Shown here piece after piece: positions 48,520 through 61,430 of a stretch of 64,000 nucleotides of DNA. The notes below the pieces were generated by a model. The model saw only the letters and a list, made by a program, of their open reading frames with translations, did no database searches and was not told the DNA's origin. The DNA comes from Octopus sinensis. Taxonomy: Eukaryota. The translations under genes were made by a program, and so were the position numbers. The stretch covers positions 1 through 64,000 of the forward strand of contig NW_021834310.1 in assembly GCF_006345805.1 (NCBI RefSeq), read 5' to 3'. Numbering within the stretch: position 1 is the stretch's first letter; each line of letters begins with the position of its first letter.

Positions 48520-51506
48520 TTGGTTGAGGTGGTGACGTGCCTCTATTGCACCAATGTCTTTCTCACACTTGATATCTGCTGGCCCGTTCTCAATTGGCAC
48601 TCTAACGTTAGAGGACTCAATCCCATGTATAAACAACTTCAACTCACAAGAGATTTGGAACAACGCAAGGTGTCCATCTGCTGCTTACAAGAGACGAAAA
48701 TAACTGAACATGGAAGCTCGAAGATAGGCGATTACACACTAATTACCCTCCCAACTACCTGTCGTCACTACGGCCTTGGGTTTGCAATCAACAGAAAACT
48801 GGACGACACATATCCGGGTGTGGTCCGTCTCGGACAGGATTGCGGTACTCCAAATCAAATGGGGAACGAAACCGAACTCCTCGTCACAATCATTAATGTG
48901 TACGCGCCAACTGGAGTCAGAGCCCTTGCTAATCCGGATGAACTTGATGAATTCTATTCCACTCTCACAAATTTATACAACACACTCAGATCCTCGTATA
49001 CGTGTTTCATTGCTGGTGATTGGAACGCCAGAGCAGGGAAAGCCAGGCCCGGAGAAACATGCATAGGATCCCATGGAAGAAACCGGAGAATGTGCCTGGA
49101 ACTGCCTTGATCCAATTCTGCACCTATTTAGACCTATTCTTATGCAACACGGCATTCCGTCATCCAGCCAGGCACAAAACACACATGGACTGGAACCAGA
49201 AAGGACTCAAATGGAAATTACATACCTATATTCAATCAAATAGACTACATCCTCTGCAAAGCTGCCCATAAACATCTACTTGTGGATTCACGTTCATACG
49301 GGGACTGGAGACAAATAGTGACCACAAACTAGTAATCACTAGCATCGGACTGTACAAGACATACAACAAACTGAAAAAACTTACGCATGATGAACAAGAA
49401 AGCTATAATCTTGAATTATTCCGTGATGAAAAACTCAAACAGACTATGCAGACAAACTACAGGAAGAACTCGACAATATTGACACAACAAAACCTGCAAA
49501 TGCGATTTGGGATGCAGTGACCAGTGCAATGAAGAAGACAGCTGTAAATGTTGTTGGACTCACTCGAAAAAAACACAAATTTCACGATAACGAGATTTGC
49601 TCCCTCTCAGAAAGGCAGAAAACCTTGAGGTTAAAAATACAAAACTCCAGCAACCCGAAAAAAATAAGAGAACTCCGAAAATTACGGAACATGATATTAC
49701 TAAATATCAAGAAAACACAGAAATTGCTAATGTACAAAGAAACAGAAGAGCAATTTCAACACATAACAAAACAAAAGGACGACACGAAAATGTTCATGGC
49801 AATGAGGCTGCTAAGCAAAAAAAAGAGGCAAAATTCGATCACTGTCTGGGACACCACGGAAGCGGCTATCATTGACAACAAGAGTAAGGTAGAGGCTATA
49901 TCTGAATACTACTACAAAATGCTTAACTGGGAGGATGAATCAGGATACAAACCCTACCCATATACTGTAGGGGCACTAAGTTCCCCATTAACCACTTACG
50001 AAATATGGAGGCAATGAAGAAACTGAAAACCGGCAGGTCTGGGGGACCGGACAATATCCCACCTGAACTAGTAAAATATGCGCCAATGAAGTTTGCTGAA
50101 ATCGCTGCAAATATCCTGAACAAGGCATTTGAGCAGAACAACCCATTAGACCTCGGCAAAGGATGGTTAATTCCTCTACAGAAACCTGGAAAACAAAAAG
50201 GACCCCTATCCAGCCTAAGACCTATTATTTTGCTAACGACGCTTCGGAAAACACTGTCGTTGATCGCATTAGAGAGGATAAGAACCAAGGTGGAAAACTT
50301 TCTGTCACCGGGACAAAGTGGCTTTAGAACTGGCAGGTCCACTGCTGATGTGATCTGGACTCACAGATGGACAGCTGCACATGCCAAAATATAAACATTG
50401 CACTGAAATACTCGGCATCGATATGTCCAGAGCATTCGACTCTGTTCACAGAACTAAACTTGTGGAAATACTTATGACCTTCTTAAATCATGACGACATC
50501 AGAATAATCCTAATGCTTCTTCAGAACACTCAATTAGCAACCAAACTTGGTAAAAATGTGTCAAACTATTTCTACACATCACGGGGCATACCACAAGGCG
50601 ATTCGCTGTCCCCAGTTCTCTTTATCGTCTACCTAGAGGCAGCACTCAGAGACTTTCGGCCTCTTGTGGACAACACTAAATACAACGAAATAATATATGC
50701 TGATGATGTCGACTTCGTATCTGATGATGCTGAAACCCTTCGATTTATTATCGAAACATTACCAGATATTTTTTCCAAATGGTTTCTAACAATCAACCAC
50801 AATAAAACTGAACATACGAAATTTATTCGATCTGAACGAACTCATGATGAGCCCTGGAGAAGACAAAAAAAAGTCGGATCTCTCTTAGGGGACTCTGAAG
50901 ACATTATGCACAGAAAAATACTATCAATTGCCACATACAATAAGTTTATGAACATCTGGCGCCTAAAGAAGCTAAATTCAAAGACAAAACTTAAAATATA
51001 CAACACATTTGTTGTCCCAGTCCTAATGTACAATGGATCGACGTGGGGAATCAGTAAGACCGATATGAACAATTTGGACCGATTTCATCGGAACCAACTG
51101 AGAAGAGTGATAAACATGCAATTCTCAAGGAAAATAGCAAATTCCACCCTATACAAAAGATGCAATTCGAGACCGATCTCTATGGACATCCTGGAGTCCA
51201 GATGGCGACTCTTTGGACACATATTAAGACTTGACAGCCTCACTCCGCCGAATATCGCGATGGAAAACTACTTTGCCCATTCCAAAGGAGACTTCCGTGG
51301 AAGACCCAGGGTCACTCTGGCTACCACGCTAAATGAAGATCTAGCTGGAATTAATAAAAAACTGAAAAATGGCGATGATCTCGACTCACTCAGGACGATC
51401 GCAACTGACCGGAGAGCCTGGAGACGCATGACCGGGAGAATTTCAATGGTGGCACAAGGAAAGCTTAATTAACTTATGACTTTTCCGAAAGTGCTTTATA
51501 ATATAA
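48520..51506 (+). mobile_element. RTE-clade retrotransposon (APE + RT), ~3 kb, few frameshifts, 8-bp TSD
   Basis: NVRGL, CCLQETK, INVYAPT, GDWNAR; LRPIILL, QSGFRTGRST, DMSRAFDSV, GIPQGDSLSP, YADDV. CCCCAAAT at 48512-48519 and 51507-51514; empty site present in copy A. Confidence 0.95.
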
Positions 51507-51788
51507 CCCCAAATGGAGGTTATACTGTATATAAAAACTTACTGGTCATTGGAAAAACGACATAATTTTCTTTATGGCGCGATAACTAGACAATCTATGT
51601 TCTTTCTTAATTTATTGGTCGTATTTTTACTGTGACGGTCCTCCTTAAAAAGTAATCGCTTGTAAATGTTTAGTATATTTGCGAGTGAAAAAAAGTTCAA
51701 AAAAGGAAGTAAAAAATAAAAAGGAAGTACCGAATACTAGAACGTTTAAAACCAGGTATCCGTAATACGAAACAATTCAAAATCAGAA

Positions 51789-52394
51789 ATGGGTGTAAAA
51801 CGAACAATACTTTGGAAATTCATTGTCAATCTTTTAAAAACCAAAAACAAAGCAATTGAATGGAAAAATAAATCTATGGGAATATTTGTAATCACCGATG
51901 GAGATTTGTTGGCATATTGGTGGGGACAATGCAAACAAAACCCTTCCATGAATGAACAAAAACTTTCGAGGGCTCTCAGAACATACTACAAATATCCAAA
52001 AATTCTTAAAAAAGTACGTCATTCAAGAAATACCTACATGTTCCTCAATAGAAGAACAGAACAAATCCCAACACATATGTCACCGGAGCAGACTGAAGAA
52101 ATAAATATCCCCAATATGTCGTATCCCCATACACTGTTCAGACAGAAGAAATCCAGCCACAAATCTGTCAGTTTTATATGCCATTTGAGGATCCGTATTA
52201 TTCTATATGTGCCAAATATTTATTATCGAATTATACATCATATGACTACAATTATTCTGAAGATTCAAATTGTCTCAATCGTTATTCAAAGGATTGGATG
52301 ATATTCTTTTTCCCCTCGAAAACGAATTTGGTTCTACAATTAATGACCAGGCTCTAACAGAACCAGATTTCTACACACATCATACTATAAATAA
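51789..52394 (+). pseudogene. ETS-domain factor copy B; complete ETS domain, frameshifted C-terminal half
   Basis: TGG intact at codon 25; small indels after ~52120 shift the frame relative to copy A (may be sequence error). Confidence 0.8.
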
Positions 52395-52925
52395 TTTGTA
52401 ATTTTGTTTATTAGCTTTTGTAATAAAATTATTTATATTTTTCTAAAATATTAAAAATATTCAAATTTTTGTAATATTGAACAAATTAGTAAGTTTAATC
52501 AATTAATCGATTTTCTATATTTCCTTCCGAAAAAATAGTATTTTAGTCAATATCTTAAATTCTAGAATTTATACAAAAAGCAATTAGAACATTTTAATTT
52601 TAGAAAAATAAAATAAATATTTAAAGTACCAAAAAATGTTCAAAAATTAAATAAATATTTCAAAAAATATTTCAAAATGAGTAAAAGAAGAAATTATAGG
52701 AATAAATTCGAAAAATATCACAAAATGATGAAATTTCAAATAATTTAATCATTAAAAGAAACTGCATCTCGAAATATTCCTACTAAATCCAATTACATAA
52801 AAATTCAAAAAAAAAGTTAACTACATAAAAAGCATCACAAGGTGAATCAACTGCGAGCTCACACGTGGAATAATTTATTGGGTTTACCATTAAAAATTAG
52901 GATAATTAAACAATAATTAATAAAA

Positions 52926-53457
52926 ACTGTTGACCCTTTCGGTCTGCACCCTTTACCGTGCAGGAGGAGTGCCGGACGTTTCCCGAGGCACTCTGCCATG
53001 AATGACATCATACGGAGGGCCCTCGACTCGGCGGGATTTCCTTTGGTCCTCGAACCACCGGGCCTTGACCGCGGCGATGGGAAACGCCCTGACGGGATGA
53101 TCCTTTTCTCCTTTGAAGGCGGAAAAGGCCTTGTTTGGGACGCAACCTGCTGCGACACCTTTTCTGCTTCTCACTTAACTTCGTGTGCCCTGGAGGCCAA
53201 TCTACAGCTAAGAAGGCTGAAGATTTAAAGCTTTTAAAATATTCTGCCCTCTCGGAGAAGTTTTCGTGGTGCCTATCGCGGCGGAGACGTCGGGTGCTCT
53301 CGGTCCAAAAACTGAAAAGTTCCTTCGCAAGCTCGGAGCCAAAATCTCAATGCGCACCCATAATCCTCGGGAGGCGAACTGGCTAATGCAACGGCTCTCG
53401 ATTGCCATTATCCGGGAAAACAGTTTGGCAATCCGCCAGGCTACATATCCACCATAA
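52926..53457 (+). mobile_element. CRE 3' fragment in copy B
   Basis: Duplicate of 45221-45753 with two 1-bp homopolymer deletions. Confidence 0.9.
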
Positions 53458-55639
53458 ACATAAAACTAATCTTTTAGCATCTTAATGTTCCGATACTTTA
53501 AAAATAAAATTAATAAAAAATAAACCATATTCTAATTACAACATTACCACAGTAATTCTGCAAATTTCGCAAAGAACTGCAGAGTCAGACACTTGGTTAA
53601 TGTACCTATTGTATTAACATGCGATGGGCTGGTTACTCAAAAATTCCTACAATCTGCACGTTTGGATCGATCAGGCCTTTTTGGGAGGTCATCAGAATCT
53701 CTATAAGCAGATTGTGCTCCTCATGTCCGCCTCGTTATTCTGGACTTTCGTATTTGTATTTATTGTTGTATCGATACGAATCTTCACAGAGTAATTCACA
53801 CTCTTAGACTAAAAGAATAAATTTTCAACCTTCGATTTCGTAATTCCATAGTACCTGCACAACATAGTTTACTGTGTCCTTGTAAATAGTCACTATTTAG
53901 CATTCGATCACACTTTGTCGCCAAATGATCAACCGTCTTCTTGACTGAGTTACGGTGACTGCACATTATTCCGGCATTATAAACAAATAGAATACTTTTC
54001 TGTATAAAGCAGAGAGCCTTCACTGTTATCGGTAAGTTTTTTCTATGCAATAACCAACTGGAGGATTAACAACATCTACGTTTAGATCATTTAAAGAATC
54101 TGAGAGTTGAATGCAATTGTTTGTTCTTTATTTGCTCCATCATGAAGTTCCTTTGCAATTCTCTCAGCATGTTTAAAAAAGATTCCCAGTTTTATAAATT
54201 GTATATTTGCGCTTGAGGTATTCCGTGATTGTGAGGAAATAGACCACTCCCGGGCAACTATCAGACACACGCCACCAACGAAGATTCTTGTACTGGAGGA
54301 CCGGTAAAAGTTTGATTTTTTATTCATGTATTGGTGATGCAAATATAAAAAGATGAAGTCGAACGTTTGTTTAAAAAATTAAATAACGCTTTCAGTTTAA
54401 TAAATAATTTAAGATAGTTAATTTAAAACTTATGATTGAATGTCACATAACCTGGATTGTTACTTTATACTCGGGATATATCATCACTGAAGACGATAGT
54501 CGGGTAATGACGAGGTTAGGATGTTAGATGGTGTCATACTTTCTGACACTGTTGTCAAAATTCACTAGGTTGTCACAACCCAATAATTGGTTTATTTGTC
54601 GACAAATATTGGACTTGGGCTGATTTGTTCGCTCCCGTTCAGATCTCACATAGATATTCGGGAAAGATTATTTAATGTATAAAGTGTACAAAATGGAGCA
54701 TCAATGAATTCTTAGGATAAGTGCATATTTGGTTTAATGTATAAAGTGTACAAAATGGGGCACCATTGGAATTTGAATAGTGGCGTACATCAACTCAATC
54801 AAAAAGATAACTGATATTAGAATACATACTTACTATCATTCTCTCACTGTATATGCTCTATTGGTGTTATACTCGGTCGAGTGTTCATAAGTCGTCTTAC
54901 AAGACATTGTGGACAAGACCTGAGCACAATCATAACTTCATCTCCGCAAGATTCATAGACTAAATTCTTTAAAAGAGAAGAAACCTATAAAGAAAAAGAT
55001 GTCCATTATCAAGGTGAACATTTACAACAAATATCCTCTCTGTTCATCTTCTCATACAACGAACACATGCAAAAGAATTTCACTTGTTTTGAAAAAAATA
55101 GTTGATCCGGCAAGGAGTTCGTAAAAATCGTAAATATCCCTTCCGCGAATGTTGATATGTCGCCCAGACAGGTCACACTTTTTTTATAAAAAGAACAAGA
55201 CAGAAAGAGAACATGTTACTAAGGAACTAACTAATCCAAAAAATCATGTGTCTCTTCTGCTTCATCTTGTTCTCCCTTCCCCTTTTTTTGTTGTATGGCC
55301 AATTAAGACATCCGGTTGATTGATTTTTTTCATTAAAAAATTATTGACAGTTCGTTTACGGATCGTATTTAACCGAGCACATTAAAGAAATTTATTCATA
55401 ATAGATTCCTTTGCTCTTTGTATTAATAAAGATTCCTCTTCTATGCCATTGCAAATATTTAAGATTTCTGTTACATTTTTTGCATAATAGCAGAATTTAA
55501 CCGACTGCCCCATTTAGTAACATTGGGCTTGGGTGGATTCCCAATTTCTGTAAATAATTGACGTCGTGAATTATTTTTACAAGTGCTTTGACGCACGATA
55601 TTAATTTACAGTCCTATGAATTTTTAGCAGTCACTAAAT

Positions 55640-55915
55640 TTTGACCCATGCATATGTTCCGGACCAGTGATTAACAGCATCAAAAAACAACTTTATTCAA
55701 TGAAAATATCTTATTTGAAAAAATAATTAATAATTAATTCCACCTCCTTTATTCTTTACAACATCGATCATCCTATTTGGAAGTGATTTATAGAGATTTT
55801 CTATATGAGCATCTTCTATTTTATCCCATTTTGTTTTTGTAATTTCCAGAGTTCCTGGAGATCTTCTGGTTCTTTTTACATATTCTTTGTTTAAGAATAT
55901 AGGAGAGGTTTTCAA
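55640..55915 (-). mobile_element. Tc1 transposase C-terminal remnant
   Basis: SPI...W..I....IENLYKSLPNRMIDVVKNKGGGINY. Confidence 0.7.
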
Positions 55916-57367
55916 TAATGTTTAAATGTACATCAGAAATATGTAAATAAATTTTTTTCATATTAACATTGAGTTTGAGGATGCCGTCATCAATAATATG
56001 AAATATAATCGCGGAATTGGGAGCTGTATTAATTGCAATACAATTAATTAAAAATCTTTTATTAATTCTTTGACGTTCCAATAAGAAACTTAATATACTT
56101 CTCTATTCTATGACCATCTTCGTCAATTATTAAAACAATTTGTTCACTTGAAACTGTTAATAATTTGTGAAACCATTCTTTCATCGAGAAATGTAACAGT
56201 GTCTCAGCATTTGGTTTCCGAAGGAACAGAATGTCCATATTTATTTTAGAAAATTGGTGAATTTCGTAACTTATGAAGTGAAATGTTTGCTGATGAAAAT
56301 GTATTTACAAGATCCATGAAAAAAAAACAGCAGTAACGTCATTTTTACTGTGAGTATCCATAATATTATTCGTGTTTGGGATTCTCAGAATATGATTTTT
56401 GGAATGTCTATGCTTATCGATAAATCATTTCCTATTAGCAGTTACGTAAGAATTACATAATTTGCGGAATAAATTTCCATCCAATGAAGATGAAACTCCT
56501 TAGATATTTATTAACAATAGAAGAAATTTGCTTAGTGATAGAACCCTGTTTTTAGGCATTGTAAAAAGCAATAAACAAAATTTAAATTTAACTTGTTTCC
56601 AATATTTTCTTTTTTGTTGGTGTCCCTGCGTAAACACGATAAACCAAGAGAATCTTCAACATCTTTCTTACCAACGCAACCCCGGTTGCTTTGCTACAAT
56701 CAGAAGGCCTTGGTTTGGACCATGCAATTGTCGGACTTTACAAGCACAGATGTCCTCTAAATTATCCTTAAATTTTCCTTTGTATTTTAGGAGTTTATTT
56801 CCTGAACTCTTTTGGCATACCCCAATTTGACATTCAGTCTTTCAGAAGTTTTGAAATATAATTCAAATTCAAATAAAGGGGATACAGTCCTGTACATTTT
56901 GTTTGTTTAATTGATCTTATTTTTCTATTTTTTAAGTATGTAGAGTTCTATCCCCTAAAAGTGAATGTCACAATTTAACAAAAGTATCCGATCAGGAATA
57001 AAGCAACAAAAACTTTAAAAGCCTATCAATTAGACATTCCATATGTCCATACACGGCGCAGATACTCCAGTTTAGGGATTGGTTTTTGATAATCAAGTTT
57101 TCTCATTGTCGCTTTCACCTATTTGTTAATCGCCTTGCATATATAATTCTCAAAGTCACAAATAAAGATAATTAATAGTTTAGTTTTCGTTTTCGTAATT
57201 CGTAGTATTTTGTTACATTTTTCACCCACTTTCAGTGCACGGATGGACAGATTCATGTCAACGCGCAGTCTAGATTCAGTGGCTACCTCCTTAACAGACA
57301 TTGAAAACCCGTGCCTTGTCTCGGCTTGCATGCTTTCTAAGGTCTTTCGCAGCACCAGTGTCTGAAT

Positions 57368-58140
57368 CTATGCCTTCGCACTTTCTTCCACGACAAGCGC
57401 CTTTAGACGGGTTTTAAAGAATTTTGACATAATTTCGTCCAAGGTCATAACGACAGAGACGATCTTCACTTTTGCACGGTGAATCGCTTCCAGTTCATTT
57501 GCCAGCAAGTCATATTTGTAGAACTTTTCAACTTCGACTTGACTTGTCAAGTTGTAGTGGCTGCATTTATTCTCTCCGTTATTGAAAAACAAATTTCGGT
57601 CTTGCAGTAGGGACAGGCTTGCATTAATCGGGGGAATTGTTTCCATGGGTTAACAACCCGCAAGCATAATTAACATCAACTTCAGTATTCTTTATGCATT
57701 GGAACAAAATAGATTGGAAAGGCTTCTTTTCGATTTTTCCCATCAATATTCGCGTTGAATTTTCAGCAGGTCCCATACTGTCATTTCATTTACATTTTCA
57801 TTGTATTCTCAGGATAAGAATTCCACGGTAGTGGCCATATGTGTTTTCTTTGGATTAATGGACGCAGAATTTCTGTTCTTTTTAGGCAGTAGTTTGCCTT
57901 ATGTTTCAAATCACCATAAAATTGAAGAAGCATTCTCTCCGCTTTATTGCTAACTGACTCCAGGTCACTCCCAAATTCCTTTCTTGAAAGATAAAGTCTT
58001 TTTTGCCGGTTTCAAGTGGATATTTTTGTCCATAAAATTCAACTGATATTCTTATCAATCTGATCAAACTCTCATGGCTCGAGGACCTTATTCATCGAGC
58101 CCATCGAGTAAGCCAACTTTCATAGACAGACTTGACATTC
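57368..58140 (-). mobile_element. R4/Utopia-like retroelement 3' remnant
   Basis: QVEVEKFYKYDLLANELE...KVKIVSVVMTLD resembles the REL endonuclease end (EK..KY..LA.EL). Confidence 0.6.
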
Positions 58141-58177
58141 GTCGCAGATTTTTCAACGTTTTTTTCCAACCCAGCTA

Positions 58178-58672
58178 CAGTGGGGCAAATAAGTCATGGC
58201 ACATCTATCATTTTTTTTAATTCAATATATTTTTACAATGATAACTTTTTCGATTTAGTTCATCATGCTACACAATAAAATCTTGCATTCTTTTGAACCC
58301 ATTTCGTGCTAATTATATTCATGAATTTCAAATAAATATAATTGTTTTTGCTTCATATCTAGAAAAACGTCAAATTTGATGTGTAAAAAAGTGATGACAC
58401 TATCAAAAAATATGGATTTTTTTTGACAATAAGATACAAATGTTTTGGAATGGCCAAGTCAATCGCCAGACCTGAATCCCATCGAAAACTTATGGAAAAT
58501 ATTAAAAATAAAAGTTGGCTTAAGAAAACCAAAAAATATCCAGGAATTAAAAACAATTTGCTACGAAGAATGGAAAAATATTTCTAGAGTAGAATGTCAA
58601 AAACTAATTTTTTCTTACAAAAAACGATTGGAAGCAGTTCTGCTAGCAAAAGGGAATGCAACTAAATATTAA
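58178..58672 (+). mobile_element. Internally deleted Tc1 element
   Basis: TA|CAGTGGGGCAAATAAG terminus; EWPSQSPDLNPIENLW...RLEAVLLAKGNATKY. Confidence 0.85.
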
Positions 58673-59099
58673 TTGGGTTCTTCGTGGTGGCAATGTACGA
58701 GCACATATCCTCAGATGTTCTCCGACAGGTCATTTATTGGGTTACCAACACGTTGGCCTCCTCTGTATTTGATCGTGCACTGACATTGAACGACGACCCG
58801 TCCACTCCGGGGAGAGTGAGTGACTGTCCTCTCCCCCCGGAACTCAACTCCTATGAGGGGGACGCCTACATGTTCATTCAGGTCACTTTTGGCTTTATCT
58901 CAGGACTTGTGTGCAGTGGCCGGAGGAGACAAATCCAAGTGGATTCAGAAAATGGGGGCATGGCCCTTTCTATTGAACTAATTATTTCAGTATTGAAACA
59001 ACAAGCTGTTTAGCACGGTTGGGGTGTTACATCATTTCAAAAGAGGTTTCCGAGACCTGGCTAGGACACAGGTCTGCTCGGTCGTCGTCCAACTCTTGT

Positions 59100-60300
59100 C
59101 CCACGGCCGTACATTTGAAAATCAATATTTGCACGTGTCCTTTTCGGCAAGACAACAATTGATGAAATTGGTATTCCTACTAGTCAGGACATTTGACTTT
59201 CTGGTTTGGACACGTTTTGATGTGGTAGGCACTGGAGAGACATATCATTGCCTGTCTTCTGTCTAAACTGGTCCTCATGGGAGACCGGAACGTCTTCTTT
59301 TATTCTCTAGCCGCAGAGACCCTGTAGGCTTTCCTTGAGGATGCCTTTGTTAGAAGGTTTAGTTGGCGAGAGAGTGGCAGGGCGGTGGAGTTGGAGGACA
59401 GTGAGAGGAGGTCCTGCTACTTTATGACCATCAAAGTGAGTCTGAGTATTCTGTTGGAGTGAATCCATTTTGTGGAGTCAAAATTACGGAATTGCGGAAT
59501 TTTATGACCAGATGGGATTCCGTGTCGGAAACGTGTTTTATCCTCTCATTAGACTGGTCTACATGGACGGGTGTTCAGTGCACTGGTAGGTGACCCTTCT
59601 AATCGTCCAGTGTCAATATGGGGGAGGCGGAGCCACCCTCGGTTACTCCTGCACATGTGCTAAATCTGATCTATGACCAGGTGGAGGACATGTTGGCCAA
59701 ACTGACCCTCTTTCTGGACACGTTGGGAGGTCCTCTGCTCATTTCTCTTGTTTTGGAGGACATTGTGAAATCCCTCAGTCTGTTTATGATATCCTGGTGG
59801 CCTCTCGTTATTATTTGTAGTACTCCCAAATGAATACTTTCTTTCTTTGGTGGAGAAAGTTGTGCGAGAGTGGAATATGCGGGGACTGGAGTGTCACGGG
59901 AGTGTTATCCTACGACAATGTGCACACGTATTTGGAGAACTGTACTGGTTGCTCTCGACTGTGTATGAAGATGTCTATGGAAGTACTCATAGTGTGGTCC
60001 CATTCCCTTGTACATTCATAGGAACGTCGTAAAAGGGAAATGGCAGAACAGGTCCTCATTCGATTGGTTTCCGAGGGAGGATTGGAGGCTGGGTGGGGTC
60101 CTCTCGTGTTGTGTTTTAATGTGGGTGTGTTTGTTATTCCCAGAACATGGCCATTTTGCGTGGAATGACAACTTCACTGCAGTCATGGATGTGCTCTCCA
60201 CTTCCAACTGCAGTGCCTGTGAAGGACCCTCCTTCGAGATTGTGTGGGACAAGATGTGTCTGATCCTCGGACTATACCGATATATCAGGTTGTTCGCTCT
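59100..60300 (+). pseudogene. Highly degraded Upf1-like SF1 helicase followed by a Cys-rich region (ZNFX1- or AQR-like)
   Basis: IDEIG; LERHIIACLLSKLVLMGD; NMGEAE; scattered Cys/His motifs 59850-60250; many frameshifts. Confidence 0.35.
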
Positions 60301-60589
60301 GTGAAACGTTACCTGAGTGCCAACCTACGAATAAATTGAAAAGAAAGGCCAGTGAGAACGTGACTGTTCTCCAAAATATTTTGAATTTAGAAATCAGTTT
60401 TGCTTTGAAAAGTGATGAGTTTGTTGGTCTTGAAAGTAAAAATACACATATAACTACGATTGTAAAATTTCGGGCTCTCAGATACCATTTTGATGTCTAC
60501 ATTGAAAAAAAAGGATACAAACCTTCATTCTTTTAAATTTTTTTATCCCAAAGATTTTCATTATTTAAAAATTAGAAACAATAATTTGA

Positions 60590-61430
60590 TTAGTTAATAA
60601 GACGCTCGGACAGCCTGGCGAATAGCAATGTCATTCCCACAAATACAGCGATCGACAAACGTTCCAAGAGCCAAAATGATTCTCTGGAATCGTTTTTTAT
60701 CATTGATATCCGTCAACCAAGCGAGCGACGGAAGAGGCGCGTCTTGGGGCCAAAGATCCCCGAAGACTCCAAGGAGTAAAAGAAGCGAATTCGAGAGGTG
60801 GCCTTACTTAAGAATCTTGCAATCCTCGGTCAGCCTCGAAGCGTGCCCAGGATCAAAGCGCGGAAGTGCGCGATTTCAGTCGGTGTCTGAGCAGGTGAAG
60901 TCCCGAATACGAGATTTCCCCTGCTCGTAAGGGAAGGGGACATTTGAGCTTTTTCCGTCTTCTCTATCCAGCTCCACCGGCTCAAAGATTGACGGGACAC
61001 CCACAGAAACAAAACCTCTCTGTATGATTGCGTTGAGTTCACTGTGGCGAGCAGCTGACCGGCACTCCGACAGCAAGCGAGAGGGTGCAAATCGTACTCT
61101 TAACAGTTCCCACACAAAGGCATTTGTGCGCCTGTAAGATCTTCACCCAGACACGGAGGGAGATTGCGATCCTTAAGCAATCCTTGTCCACCAGATCAAG
61201 ATGGAAGCCAAAGGGAGAGCTTTTAATCAAACACTGCGGAGATCGTCGAAGACCAGATTGCAGCGTGAGCTCGTAAAGATCCTAAGAACAAGGTCAAAGT
61301 CGGAGAGAAGGTCATTTCAGTAAAAATACGGTGTATATCTAAACGTGTAAAAGGTCTTGGGGCAGAAAAGTAGTTTCGGAGGAGGAAAAGAGCCAAATTA
61401 GGCTCGATGTCTTTAAGCTCCTCGATCATT
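60590..61430 (-). mobile_element. Degraded CRE 3' fragment
   Basis: LFLLRNYFSAP; LRIAISLRV; RHSELNAIIQRG..EPVELDREDGK..DFTCSDT; IAIRQA. Confidence 0.8.

Larger units (their letters stand above)
48219..54487 (+). repeat. Segmental duplication copy B (adds an RTE insertion and 414 bp absent from copy A)
   Basis: Matches 43466-46372 except for 48520-51506 (plus the TSD) and 53587-54000. Confidence 0.95.
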
